Shown: one piece after another, positions 23,414-38,400 of the stretch
Layout of the letters: every line of letters starts with the position of its first letter
Numbering within the stretch: the first letter of the stretch is position 1
Source of the DNA: Chiloscyllium plagiosum
Lineage: Eukaryota
DNA length: 64,000 nt
Direction of reading: 5' to 3'
NCBI RefSeq assembly: GCF_004010195.1
Contig: NC_057732.1
Span: forward strand, 34,286,501 to 34,350,500
The notes under the pieces: generated by a model
Told to the model about the DNA's origin: nothing
Seen by the model: only the letters and a program-made list of their open reading frames with translations
Databases searched by the model: none
Made by a program: the position numbers and the translations under genes

Positions 23414-26400
23414 CTGTGAGAAGAACAATAGTTACAAAAATGGAGGTGGCTGAAGCAGACAGATATGTGCAGCACATGACTATTGCATGAGTTGGCACGG
23501 ATGGAGGGAGCTTTACATCATGCCCAAGATCTGTGCTGTGTCAGACTCTCATCATTTCAGTCTGTTCTTTGACCATAAAAACTAATTCTTTTCAGTCTCA
23601 ACTCCATCTTATTTCCCCTATTGTCTGGTTACTTCTGGTGACATTCATCAATTGAATATATTCCAGATGCTAACTTGCCTCCATTCCAACATGGGTATCC
23701 AGTTCTTCTATCTCCTCCATCAGCATGCCCTGCCCTCAAATACCGTCACTCCTAGCAACTAGAGGACTGGCTGAGATGCTCACACTTCTTCCATGAAGTG
23801 AGGTACAAACAGTCTGCACCTTGCACCACCAGCTGAATGTGTTCTTATGCTGACCAGATTTACATTTGACCCCACTCCTTTCTAGTAAATAAGAGTTGTT
23901 GTTATGGGAACCTAACCAGATCTGTGTTTTTCACGGTGAGTGTGAACATTCATTCCTGTATGGCTCCGTTCTCTTCCTGCATTCTCATACTCTGAGGACT
24001 GCACTGGTGTCACTCTTGGCTGTCTATCCAAAATGAAAAATGTCTGATTTTGTTTCAAAATTCCAACCTTCCCTCCCTTAACCTTCATATGGCCCATCTT
24101 TAACTCTTTCCTCTTCGCGTTCTCAATCTACATTGCTGGTGAATGATCACCAATCAATATTCACCACAAGCCACAGATTCCTGAAATTATCTTGATCAGA
24201 TTTCTTTTCACCAGGTTTTCAGGTAATGACTCAATTCAATTCCATCAGCTTCTCCAACCTAATTGCATCTATTCTGATGATAATAACCCTTTCTTTAAAT
24301 GAGGACTCTGCTTTATTGTGGTTGACAGCCTCTTGACCTTACCTGCCCTACTCCCTGAACTTCTGTTCTCATCTCCTCCTATTCTTCCAGAGCCACAACA
24401 GGAATCTGGTGCCTTCCATGAACATCATGGTGTGAGCTTTACTCTACATCCAACCGATATTATACATACTCTGAACATGTTTTATAGCAAAGTGTAAAGG
24501 GAACTTAAATCTTAAGACCATAAGACATACGAGTGGAAGACAGACCATTCAGCCCATTGAATCCACTCCGCCAGTCAATCATGGCTGATGGGCATTTCAA
24601 CGCCACTTACCCGCACTCTCCCCGTTGCCCTTAATTTCTTGCTAGATCAAGAATTTATCAATCTCTACCTTGAAGACATTTAATGTCTCGTCCTCCACTG
24701 CGCTCTGTGGCAATTATTTCCACAGGCTCACCACTCTCTGGCTGAAGAAATGTCTCCTCATTTCTATTCTAAATTGACCCCCTCTAATTCTAAGACTGTG
24801 CCCACGGGTCCTAGTTTCCCCACCTGACAGAAACAAATTCCCAGTGTCCATCCTTTCTAAGCCATGCATTATCTTCTAAGTCTCTATTAGATCTCCCCTC
24901 AATCTTCTAAATTCTAATGAATACCATCCTGGGATCCTCAGCTGTTCATCATACGTTAGGCCTACCATTCCAGGGATCATCCATGTGAATCTCCGTTGGA
25001 CACGCTCCAGTGTCAGCATGTCCTTCCTGAGGTGTGGGCCCAAAATTGGACACTATTCTAAATTTGGCCTAACCAGAGCTTTATAAAGTCTCAGTAGCAC
25101 ATCAATGCTTTTACATTCAACCCTCTTGAGATAAATGCTTTCTTAATCATGGATTCAACCTGCAAGACAACCTTTAGAGAACCCTGGACCAGCACTCCCA
25201 GATTCCTTTGTACTTTGGCTTTATGAATTTTCTCATCGTTCAGAAAATACTCCATGCCAGTATTCTTTTTTCCAAAGTGCAAGACCTCGCATTTGCTCAC
25301 ATTGAATTTCATCAGCCATTTCCTGGACCACTCTCCTAAACTGTCTAAAACATTCTGCAGCCTCCCCACCTCCTCAGAACTACCTGCCTGTCCACCTAAC
25401 TTCGTATCATTGGCAAACTTCGCCAGAATGCCCCAGTCCCTTCATTCAAATCATTAATATATAAAGTGAACAGCTGCAGCCCCAACACTGAACCCTGCAG
25501 GACACCACTTGTCACTAGTTGCCATTCTGAAGAAGAACCTTTTATCCTAACTCTCTGCCTTCTGTCAGACAGCCAATCCTCAATCCATGCCAGTAGCTCA
25601 CCTTGAATAGCATGGGCCCTCATCTTATTCAGCAGCCTCCAGTGAGGCACCTTATCAAAGGCCTTTTGGAAGTCTAGGTAGATAACATCCACTGGGTTTC
25701 CCTGGTCTAACCTACTTGTTACCTCTTCAAAGGAATTCTAACAGGTTGTCAGGCAGGACCTGCCCTTACTAAATGCATGCTGGCTTGTTCTAATCTGACC
25801 CTACACTTCCAAAATTTAGAACTCTCATCCTTAACGATGGATTCTAGAATTTTACCTACAACCAACGTTAGGCTAATTGGCCTATAATTTTTCATCTTTT
25901 GTCTTGATCCTTTCTTGAACAAGGGGGTTACAACAGCGATTTTCCAATCATCTGGGACTTTCCCTGACTCCAGTGATTTTTGAAAGATTACAACACCTCC
26001 GCTATTTCCTCAGCCACCTCCTTCAGAACTCGAGGATATAGCCCATTGGGGCCAGGAGATTTATCAATTTTTTAGACTTTTTAGCACTTTCTTTTGTAAT
26101 GGCTACCATACCCAACTCTGCCCCTTGAACTCTAGTTAATTATTGGGGTATTACTCATGTCTTCCACAAGATGGACACAAGGTAAGTTCTTCAGCTTTTT
26201 CCTTATCTCCCATCACTAGATTTCCTGCATCAATTTGGAGTGGCCCAATCTCTACTTCTGCCTTTCGTTTGTTTCTTGGCTGTCTAATCACCACCACCCC
26301 CCACCCCCCCTGGCTAATCTTTCTTTTCTTTAGGATGAACCTCCGTACTATATCCTCAATTACACCCAGAAACTCCTGCCATTGTTGTTCTACTGTCTTC

Positions 26401-29400
26401 ACCACTAGCCTCTGCTTCAAATCGATTTTCTCTAGTACCCTTGTAATTACCTTTATTTAGCTGTAACACCATTACATCTTATTTTGCCTTTTCTCTTTCA
26501 AATTACAGACTGAACTCTACCATATAATGATCACTGCCTCCTAAGTGTCCCCTTATTTTAAGATACATTATAAAGTCTGACTAATTACATAGCACTAAGT
26601 CCAGAATAGCTTGCTCCCTTGTGGGTGCCATCACAAGCTGTTCCAAAAGCCATCCATAAGCATTCCATGAATTCCCTTTCTTTGGATCCACCGGCAACAT
26701 TATTCACCCAGTCCATTTTCATACTGAAGTCCCCCGTGATCACTGTGACCTTGCCTTTCTGACATCCCCTATCTATTTCCTGGTACATTTTAAATCTAAT
26801 TTGTGCCTCCATAGCAGTGTTTGACTGGATACTGTCAGCTACACAGATGTGCAGTCCTCACCTTGAAACCATGTTCACGTAACAGTGATTCCAAATTGGG
26901 GTCTCCTAATGATACCGAAGGGAAGAATTCTCCGATGTGTTCCCGAGCCCACCAATTATTGAATGACCTGTGGGCGGGAGGAGTGGACATAAACGGGAGA
27001 CCATGGAGGGGAAGGAAGAGTGAGGGCAGAACAAGGGGATAGTGGGAGTGGAGAAGACACGTATTAGAAAAAGGATATACGGCATGGTATCAAGCCATTT
27101 GTTTCAAACATCCTTACTGGTTTTTACCCACCATCTGATCAATCAGTCCCAAACACATTGGGCACTAGTCCTAGACCTCTTCATCCCCTTGTTCAATTCA
27201 ATCTCAAATGACAGCAGTTTACTTGCCCTCCAACAGCACATTTTCTCTCTCAATTCCCCTAACATAATGCTTTCTATGTGGCACAATTTCTCTTTCTAAC
27301 TCATCCCTCAATAATGCATCTGGTCTCACCCTCCCCAAGTGCAGCACTGCAATATCTCTCAGCTCAGCTCCACATATACTTTCCCCACAAGTCCAACACT
27401 GCTCAGTTGCTTGAACCCCTTTTCTCACCCACTGCGTCATTCCTCCTTTGCCCCAACCCCACACACACACCAACCACAACTTTAAGACCGTGTGTGATTT
27501 TCTCTTTCTGCTCCCACTTCACTTCAGTGAGTGTGCAGGCTTCACCCGGTCCTATCCAGTACCATGTGAAACTGAAAATAACAAATGCTGGAGATCACAA
27601 CAGGTCTGACGGCATCTACAAGAGACAGCAAGCCAACGTTTCGAGTCTAGATGACTCGTCATCAGAGCTTCAGCATTTGATGTTTTCAGTACAGGTTCCA
27701 GCGTCTGCAGTAATTTGCTCCTACCAGTACAATGTGAACGTTTTCTTTCTTTCCTATGCTTGCAACTGTGTCTGGGTTCTCTCTCAACATGATCCCCTTC
27801 CACCCAGAGAACCACTTAGGCTGTGTTTTCATCTTGCTCAGCAGCGAACACACACACACACACTTCATTCCCTACTCCTGAGCCACATTCTCCCTCTCGG
27901 GGAACGTATTTTACTCTAAAACTCCTACTTACCTGTGAGTCCCGTACACTGTAAACCAATACTTGTACAGCTGGGCTCGTATGTAAGTGGGGGGCTTGGT
28001 GCTGAAGGCATATTTTGTCTCATCCACTTGCACCAAGCGAATGACTAAAAGCAAAAACAAATGAGAAAATAAAGAAGTGATGACAAGCTGGATAAGTGTA
28101 ACTTTAACACTCTTTTACTGCAGAAGCACCATGTAACAGTGAGAAATACTGCGATTAGTGCAAGATGACAGCGTAAGATAGCACAACCAGCATAACGTAA
28201 CAGTGAGTTACTATAAGCAATTCAGTGCAACAATGAGATATACCACAACCAGTGCAGAGTGATAGTGAGAGAAACTACAGCCAGCTCCGTGCAATGGGCA
28301 CAAGATCCTCTGCACTCACCATTTCTCTTTCCCTGGAGAAGACGATGGATGAAGCTGGTGAACCAGGGACTGTGCCTGTGGTCACCCAGGGCAGCAAACC
28401 ACATCTGCCAATCGAGCCTGGGCTGGTGTGGGGCCACCATAGGAGGGGCTACGCTCAGGTTCCCTGGCTTATACATGAATTCAATTTCCTAAGAAAGAAA
28501 AAACACTCGGAATACGGGATCAGAAACAATAGAAGCAGCAGAATAAAGGACCAAGGTGGGAGAGTTAATGTCCTCATTCTTAGGACAAGAATCAATGGTG
28601 GCTATCTTGCTCAAAAAAGGCGATGATCAAGGGAGCCCTGTATTCCACACACAAGAATGAAGACTGAGGGTGACTGTACTCTACTGATGGGGCCATGACC
28701 AAAATAAAACTGTCATTTCTCACAAGGAATGAGGAGGGCTATATCCCATTCTCAGGAAAGAATGCTGGGGTGCTGAGTCAGAATATGACTCTCCAGGAAA
28801 ACTGCAAGCTGCCCCCTCTCATAGCTTGCATTCTCACCATCTTCACGGTTCACGAATCCTACCTTCCATTTCTGGCCATCGTAGCTTCCTTCCACCACAA
28901 CCTCTGGACGACCACCAACCCCTGTCATTCGACGGAATAGTCCATAGGAGTTGACTAGCTGGTAACGGTCGACCACATCATACAGCTGGCGAACCTCAGG
29001 CCTCAGGTTGGAGTTAGTTTCATACTCAATGAAGGTATATGGTACCTGGGGTGAAGGTAGGACATCAAACTATCAGTGCCCTGAACTCTCTCCCATCAAT
29101 CACTAATGCACTACATAATATTCATGACAGGTGAGGCTAGGTAAGAATTGTTGGTGGCTTAAATAGTAAGAGTATGGGAAAAGATGTAAAGAAAGGGGAT
29201 GCTGGAAGAGATTGCATGTGGACATTAGTAATTTATCTATCCAGCTAATTCGACTCCACGTCTTTGGTAATCAAAATTCCTCCATAGATCAGCATTTAAG
29301 AAGGAATGAGATAAACAATTTGAAATGAAGAACATGAATGATATGGATTGAATGGTTGGCTTCAGCTGCAGGTTTAGCAGAATTGCAGCTCGATTGGCAA

Positions 29401-32400
29401 AATAGAGTCATAGGGATATACAGCACGGAAACAGACCCTTCGGTCCAACTCGCCCATGCCGACCAGATATTCTAAATAAATCTAGATCCTATGCCAGCAT
29501 TTGGCCAATATCCTCTAAACCCTTCCTATTCATACACCCATTCAGATCCCTTTTAAATGCTATAACTGTACCAGCCTCCACCACTTCCTCTGGCAGCTCA
29601 TTCCATACACACACCACCATACCACGCATACCAAAAACCTTCTTCATATCCTACCTATCTACAACTCCACTTTCAAGGAACTATGAACCTGCACTTCAAG
29701 GTCTCTTTGTTCAGTAACACTCCCCAGGACCACACCATTAAGGGTCTAAGTCCTGCTCTGATTTGCCTTTCCAAAATGCAGCACCTCACATTTATGTAAA
29801 ACTCCTCGGCCCACTGGCCCATCTAATCAAGATCCCATTGTACTAGGAGGTTACCTACTTCGCTGTTCACTATGCCTCCAATTTTGGTGTCATCTGCAAA
29901 CTTACTGACCATACCTCCTATGCAAATCATGTGACCCTAAGAGAGAAAATTAATGGCACAGGAGGTGGCTATTTATCCCAATTTATCTGAGACAGCCAAC
30001 TAAAAGAGCAATTCACCTCATCTCACTTTCTAGCACTTGATTTGTTGCGCTACTGGTTACAAAAGTGCACACATAATTTTGTTTTAATCCGGTTAGGCCC
30101 TGAATCACATTCCAGGTAAACAGAAATTCTCGACTTTCCTCTAAAGCTTGTACCAATCATTCAATGCACTGGCTAGTGGAAAACCTTGGAGTCATATCTA
30201 AAAAGAAAGTCTGTGTGGTAGCTAATATCTAGGTCCCTTAATTACTGACCTCCCTGCTACTGGAATTAGATACTACCCATTCCATATAGATCTCTCAATT
30301 TTATACAACTGAATTAAATTACTCATCAGCTTCTAATGATTCAAAGAAGACAATTCTAGTCTATCTAATCTTCCCTCTTATTTAAAATGAATATTGTCGT
30401 TATTATCATGGATCAGAACTGTACACTGTAGACTAGCTGTGGAATAACAAAGCTCTGTGTTACATTGACTTTAATCTCTCACATATCTGTAATCACCACT
30501 AAACTGTGATTCAGAGGTGGCCTTGGCACACAAATCAATCTTGAGTATTCACCTATTTCTCTTTAAATATTTCCACTCTCCTCCTTGAGTCAGCTATTCC
30601 ATAGTCACTATCCTCCTTGAAGGAGAGTCTAACCATGTACTTCAGGAATTTATTCTAACCAAGAATATATTAACAAAGTTTATTCATTCTCTTAGATCAA
30701 CTGGATTAACCAACTTTCCTGACTTCTCACTGGAGTCCCTAATAACCAAATGACAATTTCAACCTAATTTCGCACTCTCCAAGTATCAACCTTAGTTCTT
30801 CAGTATCTGAATAATCTGGGAACAAACATGGCCCAGGCTGAAATAAGGTCATATTTGGGGGAATGAATCTGATTTGACTTCATTAATTTGAACTGTTATT
30901 AAAATATTAACTGTGGCTCTTTTTGTAGCAGACCTCTATCAAAAGAATGGGTGCTCAAGTTTCACGCCAGAGACATAAGTTCAAAACTCTTGTGTGAGAG
31001 AGTGCTGTACTGGAGGAAATGCTATCTTATAAGTGAGATTTTAAACCATGGTCCTCTCTGTTCTCTCAGGTGCACATTAAAGATTTCATGGTACGATTTT
31101 AAAGAGAAGTCTGGGATTTTGACCTGTCCAATATTTAGCTCTCATTCATCATTACAAAAACAAGTTATCTAAATTTTTTAAAAAATCTTACTATTGTTTG
31201 TAAGATATTGGCTACTATATCTTCAAAATTACAAGTTATTATATTAAAACGTTCTTAATTGGTTGTAGAACACTTATGAATACCTTACGGTTGTTAAAAC
31301 ACCATATGAATACAGTCTGTTACTTGAACTAGGACTCAAATTCTGGAGGGAGAGTCCCAGCTCCACCGTGTGCTCCTCACTCACCAGGCTCACGGCAAAC
31401 ATTGCAGCAGCAGCAACAGCAAACACAGCCCATTGAGAGGTAGCCCAGAGCTTGGCGATAAATCCTCTCACCATGAGGGAACTAGGAAAGAGAAATCGAT
31501 TTAATGTTAAAACCAGGGGTAGATAGTCAGTGCAACTTGAGGGGTTCATAAACCTAGGGGTTGTGGTTGTGGAGAATCGAGAAACTGTGGGATGGGGGAT
31601 TTGGGCAACGCGAGCCCATAAACTGAGCACATAACAAGTAAAACAGGAGTGAAAGGGTGCAAAGCAAACTGTACAAACTGGAAGAAGGGGATGCAGCAAG
31701 AAACCCCATATCTACAGGCTCAGAACATAATAAACCATGAATATGAAAAGTAAGCCCAGTGAGGAGTGGGAAAAGAATATGATGAATGTTTTCTGCAATT
31801 TTCTACTTGTGTGGACCCACTCAACTTAATGGGGACATTGATTAGGAAGAGCAGGATATTCTGGCTCATATTTATCCCTTAATCCACTTCACCAAAAAAC
31901 AGATTATTTGATTGTTTACTTCAGTCCTGTATATGGGAGCTTACTGTTTGCAAATTGATCAAAGTATTTCCATAAACTTCAAGGACATCCTGTATGATGT
32001 ATGGTTGGTTAAATTGCTTAGTTAGCAATTTAACGTGAATAGCAAGGGTTCAGCTAAGTCAGTCTTGGTGTCAGTCTCCTTGCTTTGTTGATAGCAGTGG
32101 CATTCAACCAACAAAAACAGCATCAGCACGCAATAGGTCAAGGACATGCCTTCAAGCAAAGCACTCATGAAGTAAGGAAGGAAAAATGATTCTAATTCCT
32201 CAGAGACACACCTGAGCAGTGATGAGAGTATCTCCCAGGTGAGGGACATAACACCAATCCAGATGGTAAGGGGAGTCACAGTCTTCAGCCATCGTGTAAA
32301 CTCATGGAAAGTGAAGCCTGGGAACCAAGATGAGGGATAGAGATTTGAGAATAGCCATGCTGTATCTGCTCTGGGAGCGTTTGCCTGCATAATGTAGAGG

Positions 32401-35400
32401 AATCTCTAATCTTTACCGAACCTATGCTGTGTATGGTCTGGAATGCTTGTTGATATAGCAGAGTGAGGTTTACCTTGATCCTGTGCTGTACCTGTCCTTG
32501 GACGTATTTAATACCAACAACTAGATTCTTCAAACTATAATTAGTTTCATTCATAAAATCATTTTTTCAAACAAAAGATTAGTCATTCTAGAATTAGCCT
32601 GTACTAATATTTTAGAAAAGCTATCCAATTCACCATTCTCTTGTCAAGCAACTCCCCCTTCAAGCAAGCATCCTATTCTCTGCTGAGTAGTATTACTGTA
32701 TCTTCTTCTATCACCCTCTGACATAATATATTCCAGACGCTTTACCGATATGTTAATAAAGTTAAAGGTCACGTGCTTTTGAAATAGCCTTCATGACTTT
32801 ACCTCCAAAGATTTGTGCACATACATCACCAGACTGATGATGCAAATCTTATTTTGTATTGCCTCTCTTCATTGTTCCTCCCAAAATATACGACAACTCT
32901 TTTCTACATCAAAATTATTTTGCCATGAGTCTGTTTGTTTTATCAATCCACGCCCTTCTGAAGCATGTTATTTTCCTCTTCAATGCTTATTACATTTCCA
33001 GTTTCTTAACTACAATTTTGAAAACCATTGTTAACATACACTATCACCTCTTTAGTCTGGAATGCTTGGGACAAAGACACTTCTGGATTTTAAAATTTTC
33101 TGAATTATAGAATGTCTAACAAACATATGAACTGGAAAATGTGGTGGATACAAATATTTATCTGAAGCATAAATCAGTGATGAAAATTTATAAAGTAGTA
33201 ATAAAAATTGTTTTATTTATCAAAATATTTCCAGATTTCCACTCCCTCAAAGTAACGTATGAAAGCAACACCGAGGATGCTTGGGTTTGGTCAAAAGGTT
33301 TTCAGACTACTGGTGTTTCCAAAGAATAGATTTCCACACTTGAGGGATTACATTATATAATAAAAAAGATAACACTAACTTCTGGGGACAATGTATACTT
33401 TCCTCCAGTCTCAGAAACAACACATTATTATTCGCTGTTGACTTGCATCCAACGCTCCTTTATGTCCCTACAATTTCAAAGGCTTTGATTTTGTTAATGA
33501 GTCATTTACATGGCACTTTGACACCCTATATTCACATCAGCTGTACTTATCAACCCTCTTTGTTGCCTTAAAGAACTCAATCAAGTTCAACAAATACTAT
33601 TTTTGTGCGACAAATCTATACTAGCTTTCATTTTTTGAAAAACATTATTTCAGGTGATGTGAATGCCATTGGCCATGGCAGCACTTACTGCCCATGCCTA
33701 ATTGTCCTTCAGAAGATGATGATGTAATGGTTTCTTGAACCACTACAATCCTTTGGGTGTGAGAATGCTCAACCTACTGTTTGGAAGGGATGTTCAGGAT
33801 TTTGACCCAGCAACACGGAAAGAACTATTAATATTTCCAAATTAAGATGGTGCGTCTTGGAGGGAAACTTACAGGTGGTGGTATTCCCACACATCTGCTG
33901 CCCTTGTCATTCTACGTGGTACGTTGCAGAATTGTAAGGTGCTGTCAATGGAGCCTTGGTGAGATCCTACATTTATTAGCCCCATACATTGAGATGCCAA
34001 GTAACTTTGACCTGGATTGTCATTTTTGAAAATTTCCCAACTACAGTTAGGCTACTGTCTCCTCTTTACTGTGACATTGGCAGTGAGGTCCTCTTTCATG
34101 AAGATGGATGAAAACATTTTGTATCTCAGTTATGCCCTCCAACCCTACAAGAGAATTTCCTCTCTTGGCTGGTTCAACGCTCACCCTTCCTTTCGCTATC
34201 TTTTAACTATTTCTATTTATTATTTTATTTCACTGTACCATTTTCCAGTACTCATATGAAGGGTGCACAAATATATCTGTAGAAGAGACGAACACAATTA
34301 AAATTTGTAAATGTAAGGAATCTTAAGTAACGAGAATCATGGAGAATGATGTCTGAAGTGCAACAACATCTGCTGGTTGGTTATGATGCAGGTTGACACT
34401 GAGATGGGCAAAGAACCTGAAGTTTGTGTTGCTTATACCTGTTTTGGATTCTATTATCCTTTTCTCCCAGTGGAGACTTAGTCCAAAGTAGTGAATCGTT
34501 CCATAAATCAATGTTACGTAAACCGCCAGCTCAGTGAGGCCAATGACAAAAGACTGTAGTGTCCGTAACCAACCCAATCCTATAGGGAAAAGAAGCAACA
34601 ATCACAGTTCAAATGTCAGAATCCAATTACTTTCTCCCTGGACATATATCACGGGATGCTGAGCCCAGGCATGCCGCAGGGACTCACCATGGGTATGACA
34701 TCAGTTATAAATACCCAGTGTGGATACGTCATCTGCCACAGTGTACCTCCCATTGGCCTTCCCCTCTCCTGCCTGATACTCACTCTGAGGGTTTTGTTTC
34801 TTGCCTCTCCTGATCCAATAGTGTATATGCTGATCGTCCAGTAGTGACAGTGCCAAAACAATGGAAAGTAGATTGAAGAAATTATAGTTACCAGTGACGA
34901 TAATTAATACCTGGAGCAAAATCTGCAGATACAAAAAAAATCGATCAGTGAGAAACGCAAATGGAGGCTGAGAGCACAAGCAGGACACCAACATCTTTTG
35001 CACAGTGACATGGGAGACTGCAAGTATGATTCAGACCAGAAAATGTCACCTTCCAGCTTATTCCAAACCCATCCCTACCCTCTAAACTACTTTTGCAATC
35101 TTCACCACTTTTTCAGTTCAGAAGTCAGTGAATAGCATGCTCCCCACAGCCCGGATAACAAAAGCATTAGGTGTTCTGTTTAACTCCAAGAACATCCTTC
35201 CGCCATTCAGGTTTGGACAGAACTTGGACCTCAAACAGCCACTGGAAAAATCTAAAGCCATGAACTGTACACTCTTGTCCTGTCCCAAGTGCGAGCATAA
35301 CCAGGACTCTCAGATTTGAACAACTCTTTGTGACATTTCCCAATTTTGGCCACACCATCTTTTGACTGTCTGATACTTCAGTCATGTATCAGAATTTGGT

Positions 35401-38400
35401 TTATTATCACACGTACTCAAGTACTGGAGCACAGTGAAGGATTTACACTATCGCCCCACATGGCGCCATCTTAAGTACAAAGTACCTCAGTACAAACCTT
35501 CAATACAAGATAGAGAAATAAAGAAAAAAAAGTTGCAATACCTTACCATTATTCATAGTATCAATTAGAAAAATAAGAAATTTAATTGAAAAAATAAACA
35601 TTCCAGTCTTTCTGTAAAGGGCAAGCAGTATTTCAGCGCCGGGGCTTCCATTTTTGGTCTGACTGATCAGTCCTTTTGATATCTGCAGAATCTGGGCTTA
35701 CCTGGGTGTAGAATGCAAATATCCTGAGGTGACGGATTGGAGCAAAGAACAACACAGGAACCACAATCTCCAGCACAAACACAATGACCACGCTGAGCTT
35801 GTGAAACCAAGATGGCAGTTGATGTGCAAACCAGGCAAGAGAGGTGGGGATGCACTGAGTCTCATAGTGGTATGTCAGAGCTGCAAGGAAATCAGGAACA
35901 TAAATTGAATGAATTCTGATGAAACATCACACCTGAAACACTTACTCTCTTCCTCTCTTCACAGATGCTTCAAGACCTGCTAAAGATTTCCAGCGTGGTT
36001 TATTAATTTCAGCGCACAGTTGTATACTTTGTAGTGTTTGCAATTGACATTGTCCTGGTTCACTATCAGCATCCAGGTGTGGGTACCATACCCAAAATCA
36101 GGAGCTCATAGTTTGTGCCTAGTATTAGTGCCATGATAAAAGAATGAAATCCCCATGAATGGATTGTACAGGCATATCTCCAATCTCCTTGAGGATCAAC
36201 TGCAGATTGCTATGAGAAAGGTTGTATGAAAACCAAGAAACATTTTATTTTACACAAAATACAGGACTGAAGAACAACCAGGTTTCGAAAAAATACTTAT
36301 CCAATCTCTACAGCTTCTCAAAATGCTAAATATTACAAATGACAAAAACATTGCCCAAGAATATCTGTACTTTTATAAGCTAACTTAACAATTTCTCCTT
36401 CTTCCTCCAGACCAAAGGGGTATCCATGGGCACACGTATGGGCCCCAGCTATGCCTGTCTCTTTGTTGGCTACATAGAACAGTTGATCTTCCGTAACTAC
36501 ATCGGCACCACTCCCCACCTCTTCCTCCACTACATTGATGACTGCTCTCGCGAGGAGGTTGAGCAACTCATCAACTTCACCAACACATTCCACCCTGACC
36601 TTAAATTTACCTGGACCATCTCTGACACCTCCCTCCCCTTCCTGGACCTCTCCATCTCCATTAATGACGACTGACTTGACACTGACATTTTTTACAAACC
36701 CACCAACTCCCACAGCTANNNNNNNNNNNNNNNNNNNNNNNNNNNNNNNNNNNNNNNNNNNNNNNNNNNNNNNNNNNNNNNNNNNNNNNNNNNNNNNNNN
36801 NNNNNNNNNNNNNNNNNNNNNNNNNNNNNNNNNNNNNNNNNNNNNNNNNNNNNNNNNNNNNNNNNNNNNNNNNNNNNNNNNNNNNNNNNNNNNNNNNNNN
36901 NNNNNNNNNNNNNNNNNNNNNNNNNNNNNNNNNNNNNNNNNNNNNNNNNNNNNNNNNNNNNNNNNNNNNNNNNNNNNNNNNNNNNNNNNNNNNNNNNNNN
37001 NNNNNNNNNNNNNNNNNNNNNNNNNNNNNNNNNNNNNNNNNNNNNNNNNNNNNNNNNNNNNNNNNNNNNNNNNNNNNNNNNNNNNNNNNNNNNNNNNNNN
37101 NNNNNNNNNNNNNNNNNNNNNNNNNNNNNNNNNNNNNNNNNNNNNNNNNNNNNNNNNNNNNNNNNNNNNNNNNNNNNNNNNNNNNNNNNNNNNNNNNNNN
37201 NNNNNNNNNNNNNNNNNNNNNNNNNNNNNNNNNNNNNNNNNNNNNNNNNNNNNNNNNNNNNNNNNNNNNNNNNNNNNNNNNNNNNNNNNNNNNNNNNNNN
37301 NNNNNNNNNNNNNNNNNNNNNNNNNNNNNNNNNNNNNNNNNNNNNNNNNNNNNNNNNNNNNNNNNNNNNNNNNNNNNNNNNNNNNNNNNNNNNNNNNNNN
37401 NNNNNNNNNNNNNNNNNNNNNNNNNNNNNNNNNNNNNNNNNNNNNNNNNNNNNNNNNGGTAAAAACAATGACTGCAGATGCTGGAAACCAGATTCTGGAT
37501 TAGTGGTGCTGGAAGAGCACAGCAGTTCAGGCAGCATCCAAGGAGCTTCGAAATCGACATTTCGGGCAAAAGCCCTTCATTTTATTCCTGATGAAGGGCT
37601 TTTGCCCGAAACATCGATTTCGAAGCTCCTTGTATGCTGCCTGAACTGCTGTGCTCTTCCAGCACCACTAATCCAGAATCTGGTTTCCAGCATCTGCAGT
37701 CATTGTTTTTACCTTGTCCATTAGCTGGACAACCTCACCTCACAGAAAAGTCCACAGAATAGGTAATTATTTTGCCGCTTCACTTCAGACACTGTGTTGC
37801 TTTATAACTGAATAGCAATACCAACAGTTCACCTCTGACCCCTGTCCCAGTTATAATTCAAGAAGGCATGAGAACCAACAAAACCCGAATGCTGCCCTCT
37901 TGGTTATGTGCTTTGTGTATCTGCCCCTTAAGATTGATTCCATAATTATATCATTCAAATATAATCACGTGTAAAACATGTCAATGTTCTCCTGAACCTT
38001 GATTGTCTCCAGCTGATGGGAGGCAAAGGAAACACTATTCCGAATATGTGTGTAAACGTGAACAGGATAACCTTTTTTTTGTAACAATATTGAATTAAGG
38101 TTGGGAGTGGCAGTCACCCAGTGGTACATTTAGTTGGGGTGGTACTGGTGGACATCTAACTGCAGTAACATTTACTCACCTGTTAGACCCCACCATGTGG
38201 GGCATCGACTGGTCAGTTTCACCACGCCTGATGCAAACATGAGCCTGAAAAAAAGCCACCGCACCAGCCAGAACATGACACCATCATGGTGCCGCATAGG
38301 GGCTGCACGCCATTTCTTTAAGTGTAGTGGTGCCACCATGATTGCCAGGAATCCAGACTCCAGTAGCAAACTATCCCTACAAAAATCAACGAGGTACTAG

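Noticed and set aside
27278-27919. 213-aa ORF antisense to LMF2
   Set aside because: Runs through low-complexity sequence and a PLE hairpin insertion, no recognisable domain, non-ATG start.
36535-37569. Long ORFs of 273-322 aa
   Set aside because: Artefacts of translating through the N gap.
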